Below, piece after piece: positions 25,721 through 38,960 of a stretch of DNA of 64,000 nucleotides (position 1 is the stretch's first letter; the number at the start of each line of letters is the position of its first letter). Source of the DNA: Octopus vulgaris (lineage: Eukaryota); the NCBI GenBank assembly GCA_951406725.2, contig OX597819.1:39060001-39124000 (forward strand), written 5' to 3'. A program made the position numbers and the translations under genes. Under the pieces are notes generated by a model. It had not been told where the DNA came from and searched no databases. It saw only the letters and a program-made list of their open reading frames with translations.

Positions 25721-26935
25721 CTGTATAGTGTGCTTTGGGAGATATTTGGCTGCTATTTCTAGTTGGTTCAGCGACTACCCTAAATGGCTCGATGTTAGCA
25801 GATTTGTTTTTCTTTTCCTTTTCTTAGAAACCTACGAGGAAAAATATTCCAGGTCTGACAATTTAGGTTTTTTTTTTTATTTTGCCTTTTTTGTATAGTT
25901 ATATCTACATTTATCCGATACCTTTGTCCTTCCTTTTTTCAAGATAGCAGGAAATAATTTGAGGGAGATTTGGCTGCTATCTCAAGCACCATCGCAGAGA
26001 GTCCCTCATGCAACTTAGTAGTAGTTAGGAATGTATAAAATGGAGAGAGAGAGAGAGAGCGAGAATTTCGGAGGGACTTGGTTTAAGGATTGAGGTGTCG
26101 AGATAAGTGCTTAATATATACAAAAATAAGAAGCCGATTATGAATTATATAGTGGGTGGGGTAGGGGAAGTAACAAGAATGGTAACATGAAAGACAGGAT
26201 ACGGTCAACAAGTTCCGATAGTCGAAGTACCTACCACTAAAAAAAGGAAGCACTGAACTATGCCATTGTGCTTGTTTTATATTAATTTCAGTTTAAAATG
26301 AGCAACCGTTGAGGGAAAAAATGTGGGGAAGCCATTAGAGTTTTATGAATTATGAATTGCGTTGAACAGCGATTGACTTGTGTCATTTTAAGAAGTATTG
26401 ATTATATGTATGTATGTGTATATGTGTGTGTGTGTGTGCGCGCACGTGCGTGTATGTGTGTACAAAAGATAGATACTGTAATAAGATAGGTGTGTGTGTG
26501 TGTGTATATGTGTGTGTGCGTGCGTGTAGACACTTGCATACATCGTTCACAACATCCGAACAAAATTAGCGCGTATCCGTGGATGCGCGTACGCTGCATT
26601 CGAAGATAGAGTATTATTATCACAAACGACACGTTCGATGTGCACGCACGTAAGTTTGTGTATTTCTATGCATATAGTATATATACAAACACACATTGTA
26701 GAAAAATAAATACCGTAAGAATAAACATAACAAACTATATCTTTCTCAAGATGCAAACATGCTATTTTTGTCATAAAACATTGTCAAATAATGTAATTAA
26801 AAAAAAAACAATTCACAGACAAAATAATACCTTGTTTTTATGCCCTAAACTACAAACATTTTAAAATTAAACGATAAAACTTGTTCCTAGAAGAATCTGC
26901 ATGTTTGGCATTTATAAATGCAGTGAGAGAGACAC

Positions 26936-26981
<46 letters not shown>

Positions 26982-27289
26982 AGAGAGAGATTTACAGGAA
27001 AGAATGTGATAAAGAGGATAAGAGAGTGAAAATGAAAGGAAATGAAAAATCGAACCCATATAAACACACATACAATACACACACACTTGTAAGTGCATGC
27101 TCTTTTGAATATTCTAATTAAATCGAGTTCAGGAAAATTCACATTTGAAATTTTTAATGTCACACGCATAAATCTATATAGTAGCTTCGTTTAAACAGGT
27201 AAGCTATGTGTATCTAAATGCATGCTCCGCACAGGTAGCAACCTGCTTGCTATTCTGTGATGTAACAGTGTCCGTACCCTAGAGTGTCA

Positions 27290-29370
27290 CTCCCTCACCT
27301 GGCAGGATAGATGTATGTACCCTATCATACGCAGTAGTACGCGCAACACAAAATACAGACGTTCTTGAGTGTACTAAGCTCTGTGGGTGCTTGTTTAAAT
27401 ACACGCTTCTCACCTGAGTATTTCGGGAAATACAAAGGTATATATATATTTATATATATATATACCTCAACTTTAACACATACTCTTTACAAGAGTGTGT
27501 GCGTCAGAGAGAGAGAGAGAGAGAAAGAAAGAGGGGGAATGTGTGCGTGTCAGAGAGAGAGAGAAAGAGAAAGCAGAGAAGCAGAGAATGTGTGTGTGAG
27601 AAAGAAAAAGCAGAGAGAAAGAATGTGTGTGTGCGTGTGTGTGATGTTGTTAGATCTACCCTGTTAATCGAAGAATAAATGTCAAATTTTTTTCCCTTTC
27701 TTCGGTCATAGTAACATATCTTTGCTTTATTTATTTTGTTACACGTACACAGTCAGGAAATTGTATAAAAGAAAATGAGAGACGCCAACTCGCATATGAA
27801 CAATAAATAAACATAACTACATTATATAAGGATGTTTTTGCGCTCCGAATACACTTTACTATAGCTTGAGACCACAAAAAAATTTACTTTTCATTTTAGT
27901 GTACGCGTATAAATTATCTCACCCCCCACCCTTTACGTTTCACCATGTTTATTTCTCTGAATGAGACAACCAGCAATATACGACAAAGTGAGCGCCAAAT
28001 TGTGTGTATGTGTGCATTTGGGTGTACAGTGCGCTCTAGCATACGATTGACAAAAGAAAAAAAGATAAAAATATGTATCTTACCTGAAAAATGTAGGCTA
28101 AACCAGCAAAGTATGTCCGATTCTTACTACGATAATCATATATTACACAGACTAATCTCCTTTGATCCTTGTTATAAGAGCCGCGTGGAGCTAGCTCCGT
28201 GTAGTTAGGGCCTTCCTGCAGCCGACTTGATATGCCGGTGCAATAGCAAATCTGTTAACTACTAAGTGACTATATAGTAGTATCGCATCGGCCGTTAATG
28301 CTGGCTTCTCGATGAAATAACAATAACAACTCTAGTACCGATGGAAAGCTGTGTTTGCCGATGAAATAGTAGTAGTAGTGGTGGTGAGAGCTAGCAAATT
28401 TCTGTGTATTGATATTGATGGTGGTAGTGGTGGTGAGGAAGACGAGCACTGCGGGCTGAGTGACTCTCGGAGAGATAGTCAGACAGAGCGAATGAAGTGA
28501 GGTAAGAAGAGAAAGTGAAAGACAGAATAAAAAGGAGAAAGAGTATGGAGGCAAAAAAATAATAATAATAACAATAGACTCAGAACAAACAAGGACAAAA
28601 TTCGAAGAAATCAAGTAGATGCAAAAAAAAAAAAGAAAGGGAGAAAGAAAATGGTCACAAAGAGAGTAGAAAATAGAACGGTTTAAAGAAAGAGAGACAG
28701 ACGGACATAATACGGTAGGGGATAAAGAATGAGAGCGAGAGACGTGGCGGCGATGGGGACGAAGTTGAGGAGCAAAGGAAAGAACAAAGAAGGACAAGAG
28801 TAGAAGAGGATAAAGAACGGAGAGGGAAAGGAAAATAAGATAACGAGAAGAAGAAGAAGAAAATCGGACGGAAAGAGAGAACGAGGGTAGAAGGAAGATG
28901 GTGTAATTGAATTGAAGAAAATAAAAAGCGAAGGAAAGTAAGTAGAATGACTATGATTTAAGAAGGGGTTGCAGAGACAAGGGGGAAAGAATTGCGAGGT
29001 TGTGGAGACGTCGTTACGTCGTGATGGATGTAAATAACTCTCAGTCACTCTTCAGAACATGTCTTTTTGTTTCACTAAAAATGCCTATTGGACCATTAAT
29101 ATAAACAAAGTGAACACCAACGAGAGGACTAAAGAGAGAGAGAGAGAACAACTGTAAGAGGGACGAATTAGATGGGGGGTTAAATAAACTTGGGTTACGG
29201 ACTTGCACGCGTACAGTAACATATTTATTTATAAAAACACACGCACACAAGCATGCCTGAACCACTATTATAAATAAATATATAAACAGTGGGAGAGGGG
29301 GATTTACATTTATGAGAGAGTGAACTTGAAGGTTGCGTCGTTCTTGCCTTTTCTCCCCACCAAAAAACAT
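27290..29370 (-). promoter_or_regulatory. Candidate promoter / 5'-UTR exon region of a minus-strand gene
   Basis: SINE-free, CpG-retaining, GA-rich. Donors CAG|GTAAG at 28079-28086 and CAG|GTGAG at 27409-27416 and 27294-27301. Confidence 0.35.
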
Positions 29371-29966
29371 TACATCAATAACCTTGAATTATAGAGAAGC
29401 TACGATGTCATAACTTTCTTGCCTTTTCTAAGTATTTTTGTCAAGTAAAGGAAGTGATTTCATCTGAATCAAATTTGGGAACAGTTCGCGTCTGAGCTTT
29501 TACCAACCCAACAAAAGAATTTTTACCTGTTAGAAATAACAGCCGTTTTTTTCTTTCTTTTTTACTTCTCAAATAAATCACTACCCTCTTAAATAAAGGA
29601 AAAACATTGATTTAATTTATTAATAAATACTTCCTCCCTTTTAAAATAAAAATCTACAAAAAAAAAAAACAAAAAAAAAACTGGAATACTTTTAATCATG
29701 GGTCCGTTGACCTGGTGCCAAGCAACAGCGAAGTCACTATGCGGTCGCAGACCTAACGAGTCAGTGCGGTCGTTCAACTTGCTAAAAATAGCTGCCAAAT
29801 ATTTCTAAATTATATCATGCCTTCTCAAAAAGATTTAAAAGAAGAAAAAATAGACGATGCAGTCTGAAAGTAAAAAATGGATAGCACTACTACAAAGCTT
29901 TTGATTGCAAGCCCGCTCATTCAGGCTAACAACAACAATAACATTTTTTTTTCATTAGTATGTATG

Positions 29967-30095
29967 CAGTGATGTAGGTGAGGTGAGCAGAGTCGTGGAC
30001 CACGCAGGGTGGTCTCGCAATATACGCGTTTTTTGCTGTAGTCAAAGATATGTTATATTAAGAAGGGGAAGCCCAAAACCCACCCTACGTCACTC
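29967..30095. mobile_element. hAT-like mini-MITE
   Basis: CAGTGATGTAGG / CCTACGTCACTC. Degenerate 8-bp TSD TATGTATG/TATCTGTG. Confidence 0.45.
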
Positions 30096-30154
30096 TATCT
30101 GTGTGGGAATGTTGATTTTTATCCGAACATATATCACCGTACATTAAAAAAAAA

Positions 30155-30570
30155 AAGGCGGCGAGCTGGCAGACACGTTAGCGCGACGGGCGAAATGCTT
30201 AGCGGTATTTCGTCTGTCGTTACGTTCTGAGTTCAAATTCCGCCGATGTCGACTTTGCCTTTCATCCTTTCGGGGTCGATTAAATAAGTACCAGTCACGC
30301 ACTGGGGTCGATGTAATCGACTTAATACCTATGTCTGTCCTTGTTTGTCCCCTCTGTGTTTAGCCCCTTGTGGGTAATAAAGAAATAGGCATTTCGTCTG
30401 TCGTTACGTTCTGAGTTCAAATTCCACCGAGGTCGACTTTGCCTTTCATCCTTTCGGGGTCGATAAATTAAGTACCAGTTACGCATTGGGGTCGATGTAA
30501 GCGACTTAATCCGTTTGTCTGTCCCTGTTTGTCTCCTCTGTGTTTAGTCCCTTGTGGGCAGTAAAGAAGT
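30155..30570 (+). mobile_element. SINE family C dimer
   Basis: One head plus two body/tail units. TSD ACATATATCACCGTACATTAAAA. Confidence 0.9.
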
Positions 30571-30830
30571 ACATATATCACCGTACATTAAAAACGTGGA
30601 TGGTTATTATTAGTTGAGTAACAGTGGATGTGGGATGGATATGAGATGTATGCTAACACTCCTCTGTTGTGTCGCGACGCATTACACTATCATATAATAA
30701 ACCGCATCGTATGGTCTTATTTGATATATTGCACTACGGTGTATGCTATGATATTCTTCATGACAAAAATCTACGGTACCAAGTGCAACTTAACCTACTC
30801 TGCAATGAATATCCATCTCTGTTCGTAAAC

Positions 30831-31097
<267 letters not shown>

Positions 31098-31114
31098 TTT
31101 TTTTCGTAAACTCT

Positions 31115-31155
<41 letters not shown>

Positions 31156-31589
31156 TATATCCCTCGCTCGCACGTCCATCGTTTTCGAATGTGACCAAGA
31201 CATCGACGACAGCGCACCAGCAACAGCGTAGAGCACCAGCAACAGCGCAGAGACCGGAGAAGCGCATCTACTCTCACCTATACTACACGGTCTGTGTCTC
31301 CTCACGACTGAGCTCTGAAGTGACTGTATGACATTGTCGTATATGCATGTGATATCCCGACTACTGCAACGATAGCTTTGCCGTCTGCATGTGATTTGCG
31401 CTGGACTTAAAATCTTATGAAGGTGACCTGTGCCTAATTCTTTCTCCCATTCCTGATTTCCTGGATCAGTGGGAACGCAGGCCGAGATAACGGGAGGTAT
31501 ACCAGAGATATAGTGAGATGTGCAACGCAATCTACAAATCACACTCCGCTCTGAAATATGCGTCCCACAGTGATGTTGCAAAATATCGT

Positions 31590-32000
31590 GACGGCAGACG
31601 AAATACCTATTTCTTTACAGCCCACAAGGGGCTACACACAGAGGGGACAAACAAACACAGACAAACGGATTAAGTAGATTATATCGACCCCAGTGCGTAA
31701 CCGGTACTTAATTTATCGACCCCGAAAGGATGAAAGGCAAAGTCGACCTCGGCGAAATTTGAACTCAGAACGCAGCGGCAGATGAAATACCTATTTCTTT
31801 ACTATCCACAAGGGGCTAAGCACAGAGGGGACAAACAAGGATAGACAGACGGATTAAGTCGATTATATCGACCCCAGTGCGTAACTGGTACTTAATTTAT
31901 CGACCCCGAAAGGATGAAAGGTAAAGTCGACTCTGAACGTAACGGCAGACGAAATACGGCTACGCATTTCGCCCGGCGTGCTAACGTTTCTGCCAGCTTG
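31590..32000 (-). mobile_element. SINE family C multimer
   Basis: Repeated body/tail units. Confidence 0.85.
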
Positions 32001-32009
32001 ACTTTCTGC

Positions 32010-32169
32010 CGTGGCGTAGCTAGTGTGTGTGCTGCTCGGAGCAACCTTTGAATTTGCTGCCCCCCCCCCCCCAGACCCCCACAACCTTTATAAACTTATA
32101 CAGAAGACCTAAAAGTCCCGCCAAGGTATCGCCCTAGGTGAACCGACCCATTCGCTAGCTACGTTACTG
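32010..32169. mobile_element. hAT-like MITE
   Basis: GTGGCGTAGCTAG / CTAGCTACGTTACTG with CTTTCT flanks. Confidence 0.55.
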
Positions 32170-32415
32170 CTTTCTCTGTACCTGGGTTCCCCAGCCCATC
32201 ACTAGGGGACAAGCTCTTAAAGAATTTCGCCAAGAATTTAAAACTTGTCGGTGGCCTTCATCTTGGTCTAACCGACCTGTTTCTAAATGCAATCAGACAT
32301 CTCGTAGAATCATAGGTGAAAATTGGGAATCAAGTAGGAGCCTGTGGCTGATGGGCTGTCCTGAAAGAGGAACTTCTTGCTTTTTTAGAGGTACTGTCCC
32401 TCCCTGATACATCAT

Positions 32416-32643
32416 ACCTATTTCTTTTTTACCCACAAGGGACTAAACATAGAGGGGACAAACATGGACTGACATAGGTATTAAGTCGATTATATCGACC
32501 CCACTGCGTAACTGGTACTTAATTTATCGACCCCGAAAGGATGAAAGGCAAAGTCGTCCTCGGCGGAATTTGAACTCAGAACGTAACGGCAGCCGAAATA
32601 CCGCTAAGCATTTCGCCCGACGTGCTAACGATTCTGCCAGCTC
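32416..32643 (-). mobile_element. SINE family C
   Basis: Family C motifs. A diverged + copy lies at 32790-33008. Confidence 0.85.
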
Positions 32644-33016
32644 ATACCAACTCCATACTTTATCCAATATGGATTGTGTGTAAAAGTTATTGGATAATGT
32701 AGAAGTCGAATGAAAGTATTGGAAAGCTTTTTCTTTTTTTTTTTCTGTAGCACTGATTTCATTGCGTCATCAACCTCCTACTATGGCGCAGGCGGCAGTG
32801 AGTTGGCAGAATCGCTAGCACACCAAATGAAATGCTTAGCGGCATTTCTTCCATCTTTAAGTTCTGAGTTTAAATTCCGCCGAGGTCATCTTTACCTCTC
32901 ATCTTTTCGGAGTCAATAAAATGAGTACCAGTTGATCACACTGGAGTCGATCTAATTGACTTAGCCCCTTCCCCAAAATTACCGGCCTGTACCAGAATTT
33001 GAAACCAATGTAGATT

Positions 33017-33355
33017 CCTGGCGTCCATCCATAGTTTTCAAAAACCTTATTAATAATTTCAAAAGAATCTTTAAACTGTCATCGAATAAAGAAATTTTCG
33101 ACAATGTCATTCCATAACACAATAGAATTCTAGAAGCTAACAGATCCATGGATAATATTACATTTACTCATAACACATTCACCCATTCAATAACATCTGA
33201 TCCACACTGCCCTTCCCTTTAAAAATTAAGCTAAAATGTCACCAGCCTTAAAAAATAGACATTTCCCCCATTAACCATTAATTCAGAAAATATTTAATAG
33301 AAATAACCTTTAATTGATTTATAGCTGTACCTCAATATGAAAAAATTATAACAAG
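33017..33355 (+). pseudogene. Naiad-like PLE thumb/linker fragment
   Basis: PSIVFKNLINNFKRIFKLSSNKEIFDN, then HFP..H...KIFNRNN...YSC..NMKKII across frameshifts. Confidence 0.6.
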
Positions 33356-33596
33356 CGAACCAATTTATTTAAACGAGGCCAAATGCGCTTTCAAAAATAT
33401 AAATGCTGAAGCGATTATCCACAAATCACTTCCGACAACCAGTCTTAAAAACCGTACGTAAATGGTGCTAATCAAAATGGGTCAACGGCAATAATACTGC
33501 TTTCGCCATATTTCTCAAGGGCAAGAACTAGAGCCGCCTTAACAGTTTTACAGGCTCTGAGTAAATCAAGGCATTGGTCTTTATAGTATTCATTTA

Positions 33597-34022
33597 GGAT
33601 CTTTTCGGTTTAACCGGCAGTTTTTTTAAATAATTTCCACGTAACTAAACACTTTTAAACTTCGTATACTGGTAGAATGTGTTTATAAAGCATCCTTTTC
33701 TCTTGGCTTTATTGAGAAAATTCTATAGTTTGTAAGATATTTGTTGTTTTTTTTCTTCAATTTCTGCAATTTCAACCAATCAATGACGTCTATTGAGGTG
33801 AAAACATTCTGTGCCGTATGAATATGTCCCTCGTTTAAGAAACAGATTGGGTTTATTTACATTTGTGAAGAAAAAAAGATACCCTTCCCCCACCCCTAAC
33901 CCTAACTAACCCTAACCCTAAAACAGATTGAAATGCAATAGATCGATACAAGGGTCATAATTATGGGTGACAATTTCATATGACACCGCTAGAAAAAACT
34001 GCCGTTCAAACCGAAAAGTTCC
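33597..34022. mobile_element. MITE with GGATC TIRs, 8-bp TSD and internal (CCCTAA)n
   Basis: TIR consensus GGATCTTTTCGGTTTGAACGGCAGTTTT. TSD TTCATTTA on both sides. Confidence 0.9.
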
Positions 34023-34293
34023 TTCATTTATTAACAGTCAACTACGGCATACGTAGATCAGAATTGGGCCTCTATATCCGTGAGCTTCCTCGGCAACGGC
34101 GAATGTCCATGCCTTATGGTAGCACTGGTACGACCCCCATTAATCGGTGATATACTAGAATAGGTCTCTAGTAGATGTGTCTTTTTAAAGTGCTATACTG
34201 GCGGTCGTTAAAGAAGAGAATGCTGGGAAGATGATTGTTAATGGCTACCTCGCTTTTCAGACATTTGAAGCTAGCGATATACTGATAGTAGAA

Positions 34294-34654
34294 GGAGGCG
34301 CAATGGCCCAGTGGTTAGGGCAGCGGACTCGCGGTCGTAGGATCGCGGTTTCGATTCCCAGACCGGGCGTTGTGAGTGTTTATTGAGCGAAAACACCCAA
34401 AGCTCCACGAGGCTCCGGCAGGGATGGTGGTGATCCCTGCTGTACTCTTTCACCACAACTTTCTCTCACTCTTACTTCCTGTTTCTGTTGTACCTGTATT
34501 TCAAAGGACCGTGTCACGCTGAATATCGAGAACTACGTTAAGGGTACATGTGTCTGTGGAGTGCTGAGCCACTTACACGTTAATTTCACGAGCAGGCTGT
34601 TCCGTTGATCGGATCAACCGGAACCCTCGTCGTCGGAACCGACGGAGTGCTTCC
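34294..34654 (+). mobile_element. SINE family B, tail type 1
   Basis: TSD TGATAGTAGA. Confidence 0.9.
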
Positions 34655-34680
34655 CATTGATAGTAGACGGAATCAGAAAG

Positions 34681-34730
<50 letters not shown>

Positions 34731-35001
34731 GGAGTAAGACATATGTTAATGCGATCCTGAATGATGGGACATAACGCGAGAGAAAGAGGGAGAAATAAAA
34801 GGAGAGAGAGAGAAAGATCTTGAAAGGAATTAAGAGTCTGGTGGAAATATGAGATAAACATGCAATCTGGTGTATTGCTTGAGAGTAATGGAAGGAGCAT
34901 TATCGGGACTGGTGACTTTGTTGGTTTGAAGCACTCGGAGGTAGTTCCGCATTTGTCATTTATTTGAATGCTGTATGCAGATAATATCCTTACAATATGT
35001 A

Positions 35002-35756
35002 AGATGGCGAGCTACAAGAATCGTTAGCACGCCGGGCGAAATGCTTAGCAGCATTTCGTCTGCCGCTACGTTCTGAGTTCAAATTCTGCCGAGGTCGACT
35101 TTGCCTTTCGTCCTTTCGGGGTCGATTAAATAAGTACCAGTTACGCACTGGGTCGATATAATCGACTTAATCGACTTAATCCGTTTGTCTGTGTTTAGCC
35201 CCTTGTGATTAGTAAAGAAATAGGTATTTCGTATGTCTTTATGTTCTGAGTTCAAATTCCGCCGGGGTCGACTTTGCCTTTCGTCTTTTCGGGGTCGATT
35301 AAATAAGTACCAGTTACGCACTGGGTCGATATAATCGACTTAATCCGTTTGTCTGTCCTTGTTTGTCCTCTCTGTGTTTGGCCCCTTGTGATTAGTAAAG
35401 AAATAGGTATTTCGTATGTCTTTATGTTCTGAGTTCAAATTCCGCCGAGGTCGACTTTGCCTTTCATCCTTTCGGGGTCGATTAAATAAGTACCAGTTAC
35501 GCACTGAGGTCGATATAATCGACTTAATCCGTTTGTCTGTGCTTGTTTGTCCTCTCTGTGTTTAGCCCCTTGTGGGTAGTAAAGAAATGGGTATTTCGTA
35601 TGTCTTTAGGTTCAGTGTTCAAATTCCGCCGAGGTCGACTTTGCCTCTCATCCTTTTGGGGTCGATAAATTAAGTACGAGTTGCATACTGGGGTAGATCT
35701 ACTCGACTGACCCCCTCCCCCAAAATTTCGGATCTTGTGCCTAGAGTAGAAAAGAA
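35002..35756 (+). mobile_element. SINE family C tetramer
   Basis: Four body units, the last with an alternative tail. TSD AATATCCTTA(C/A)AATATGTA. Confidence 0.9.
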
Positions 35757-36236
35757 TATCCTTAAAATATGTATTTCATAACATTTAATCTTTACGGTCA
35801 TGAAATAGCGGCAGATACCTATCACAGAAGCCTTTAAATATGTTGTAACTGGCACACGTCTCGAAAATAAATCCTAATGAAATAAGAACGACGTCGTTAT
35901 TCTCTATCGCAAGGGACGTAGCGAATATCATTTATCTATTTAGATCAATTGACTATTTTACCCACATCAAATTAAATTAGAGTTAATCATTAAGCTATTA
36001 TCGTCTTTTTGTGAAGCTAGGACGGAGAAGACTAGGCTTTGCTGAGGAAATACAACACGACCAAAATATGTCCTGAATTGTCTCCTCTCTATTTCCCAAG
36101 ATCAGATTAAATTAGTCATCGAGTTTAATGTTTTATTCTCATGGCATAATTATTATTAATTAACTGCTTTTCTCCCACTTCACTATTGTATGTTAACATT
36201 TTATTTTTCTGTGCCTGTACATGTCGGCATGGTCTG

Positions 36237-36335
<99 letters not shown>

Positions 36336-36339
36336 GATA

Positions 36340-36490
36340 CACGATCCCTATTGATCATTTTTTTCTTTCCTTTTTACGATCCCTTTTGATCGAAAACCTA
36401 CCCCACTTGTTTTTTTCTTCCCCAAAAGAAAAGCTCTACTTTGTAATTTGTCCCGTCTGTGTTCAGCCCTGTGTGGCTAATAAAGAAACA
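36340..36490 (+). mobile_element. L1/Tx1-like 3' UTR fragment in (TCTA/TCTG)n
   Basis: Ends TGTCCCGTCTGTGTTCAGCCCTGTGTGGCTAATAAAGAAA, similar to the tail at 46998-47034. Confidence 0.55.
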
Positions 36491-37075
36491 TATCTGTCTG
36501 TCTGTCTATCTATCTATCTATACACACACATACACACTTATATGCTCACATGCACGCGCGCGCGTGTGTGTTGAAAAAGTCAAGAAGTTTCACACTAGTA
36601 AATTTATATCAAAAACTAAAGGAGAAATTGCTTTGGGAAATCACCATATGAAAAATGAGGATACTTCACATTTTTACTCAAAAGACCCTACCAGTTTCAA
36701 TTGTTAGGACTAATTAATCACTGATAACACTTACTGTTTGTACTACTATTATGACTCAGCAGCTATCAGAGGAACACTAAGAACGACTGACATCTATTTT
36801 TTAAAAGAAAATCATGTGAGCTTTCGAAACTGCTATCATGAAAGATTGATTTAATTAAATTTATCTTTCTTTTTTATTGCGTGATTAAATAGTCTAAACA
36901 ATTGAAACCAATGGCATCTTTTGATGAAAATGTTCATTTTTTCTCCTTTTCTTTTCATGATAAAGTTCTCAAAATATTTCTCCTTTTGCTTTTAATATAT
37001 ATGTGCGCGCGCACGTGCATGCGTGTGTATGTATGCATGTGTGTATGCATGTGTGTATGCATGTATGTTGTGTCA

Positions 37076-37617
37076 GGTCACTTTCGAGTGCTACTGATAA
37101 CATGTGACGCAGTACAACCTGTTGCATGGTCGGGTCGTCGCCGACTAAACCGGCAACCCCACCAAGCTTGCTTGGTGATGAGGGTGTTAATTTCCTGCGG
37201 GATGAAAAACAAAACCCGTCAAAGGGCGGAGGAACTCTTGAGAGTCAATGGCCATCCAATAAATGTCTTAAGGCTGTATCATGCGCGGGGACATAGAAAT
37301 AATCGGACTGAATACCCGATCGCGCGGTTAAACCATTGGAAGTGAAGGACTCCTAGCCTTTGTTAGGGCATCCTTCTAGGAGAAGGTAACTCAGGTAACT
37401 GGGATAACTCCGACATAAAACCTGCGGCTCAGTGATTACCGATGATGTTGACTTGTTCTTCTTTTCGGATTATGGTTGCTGTTGCTTAGTGAGTTGGGTT
37501 GACTCAGTGCACAGCCTTTCCTCACTTTAAAAAAATCTTTTTGCACAGGCATTGCACGATGACATTGATTAAGCTTCGTGCAATGGCCATACTCGATAAC
37601 GAGGGGGCAGCCACCAT
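37076..37617 (+). mobile_element. Non-coding RTE-derived element, copy 1
   Basis: CTAGGAGAAGGTAACTC RTE-5'UTR-like motif. Ends GCAGCCACC followed by (ATGT)n-like run. Copy 2 at 38961-39471. Confidence 0.65.
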
Positions 37618-37724
37618 GCATGCATGTATGTATGTATGCATGCGGTAAGGCTTAAACAAGCTGAATAGCACTCGATCTGCTAAAAGAGTAAATATAATGT
37701 TATAACGTAAACCACAAATCTAAG

Positions 37725-37958
37725 GAAATACTGCTACCCAGGGTTTCGTGGTCGAAACATTTATTTCGCCATTTTTCAAGCTGAGAACAAAATAGTTTGG
37801 CAGTTGCTTTACAAGCAGATAAGTTTTAAACCACAAATCTTAGCTTTAAACTTTTAAGCGTCATCAGCTTGAAAAGCAACTGTCAAACAGTTTTGTTCTC
37901 AGCTTGAAAAATAGCGAAATAAATGTTTCGACCACGAAACCCTGGGTATCAGTATTTC
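37725..37958. mobile_element. Fold-back MITE with ~95-bp arms
   Basis: GAAATACTG.TACCCAGGGTTTCGTGGTCGAAAC... and its reverse complement. Confidence 0.8.
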
Positions 37959-37976
37959 GCAAAATATATGTCTTTA

Positions 37977-38010
<34 letters not shown>

Positions 38011-38066
38011 CGCGTATGTATGTATGTATGTATGCATGTATGTATGTATGTATGTATGTATGTTTG

Positions 38067-38165
<99 letters not shown>

Positions 38166-38305
38166 TTATGTAGCTCACAGATGAGATCCAGAGATTTTCC
38201 GTAGAGAAATGCTCGAAATATTCAAACTTATACTCCGGTGTCTTTGCACGGGTCAATCTACAAGGTAAAGAAAGGCTATAAGAGGGATCAAGTTGAGCGG
38301 GTATA

Positions 38306-38581
38306 GAGGCAATTATGCGGATAAACAAATTAGATATATTAAATATATTAAGTATATTAGTTTGGGTATTAAATGCAAAATATACATATATATATGCACA
38401 TATACAAGTTCTTTTATTTGTTTCCGTCATTTGACTGCGGCCATGCTAGAGCACCGCCTTTAGTCAAGCAAATCGACCCAGAACTTATTCTTTGTAAGCT
38501 TAGTACTTATTTCTCTCTCTTTTTTGCTGAACTGCTAGATTACGGGGACGTAAACACACACACACACACACACACACATAA

Positions 38582-38642
<61 letters not shown>

Positions 38643-38885
38643 CATATACGACGCGCTTCTTTCAGTTTCTGTCTACCAAATCCACGCACAAGACTTTGGT
38701 CGACCCGAGGATATAGTAGAAGACACTTGCCCAAGATGCCACGCAGTGGGACTGAACCCGGAACTATGTGGTTGGTAAGCAAGCTACTTACCACACAGCC
38801 ACTTCTGATATTTTGTATTTCATACCCAAACTAATATATTTAATATATTTAACGTATCTAATTTGTCTACCCGCATAATTGCCTC
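38306..38885. mobile_element. MITE with ~75-bp TIRs interrupted by SINE D (38410-38802, minus)
   Basis: GAGGCAATTATGCGG... / ...CCGCATAATTGCCTC. Confidence 0.75.
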
Positions 38886-38960
38886 CATGTATATATGTAT
38901 ACATGTATGTATGTATGTATGTATGTATGTATGTATGTATGTATGTATGTATGTATGTAT

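Noticed and set aside
31160-31580. GC-richer block, possible exon or LINE RT relic (QEWEKELG..AIVAVVGISHAY)
   Set aside because: Similarity too weak to call without a search
33894-33922. True telomere or chromosome-fusion scar (also the inverted CCCTAA/TTAGGG at 40.9-41.2 kb)
   Set aside because: Short tracts internal to a TIR element with TSDs
35002-35756. CRISPR-like array
   Set aside because: Eukaryotic SINE multimers with no unique spacers and no cas genes
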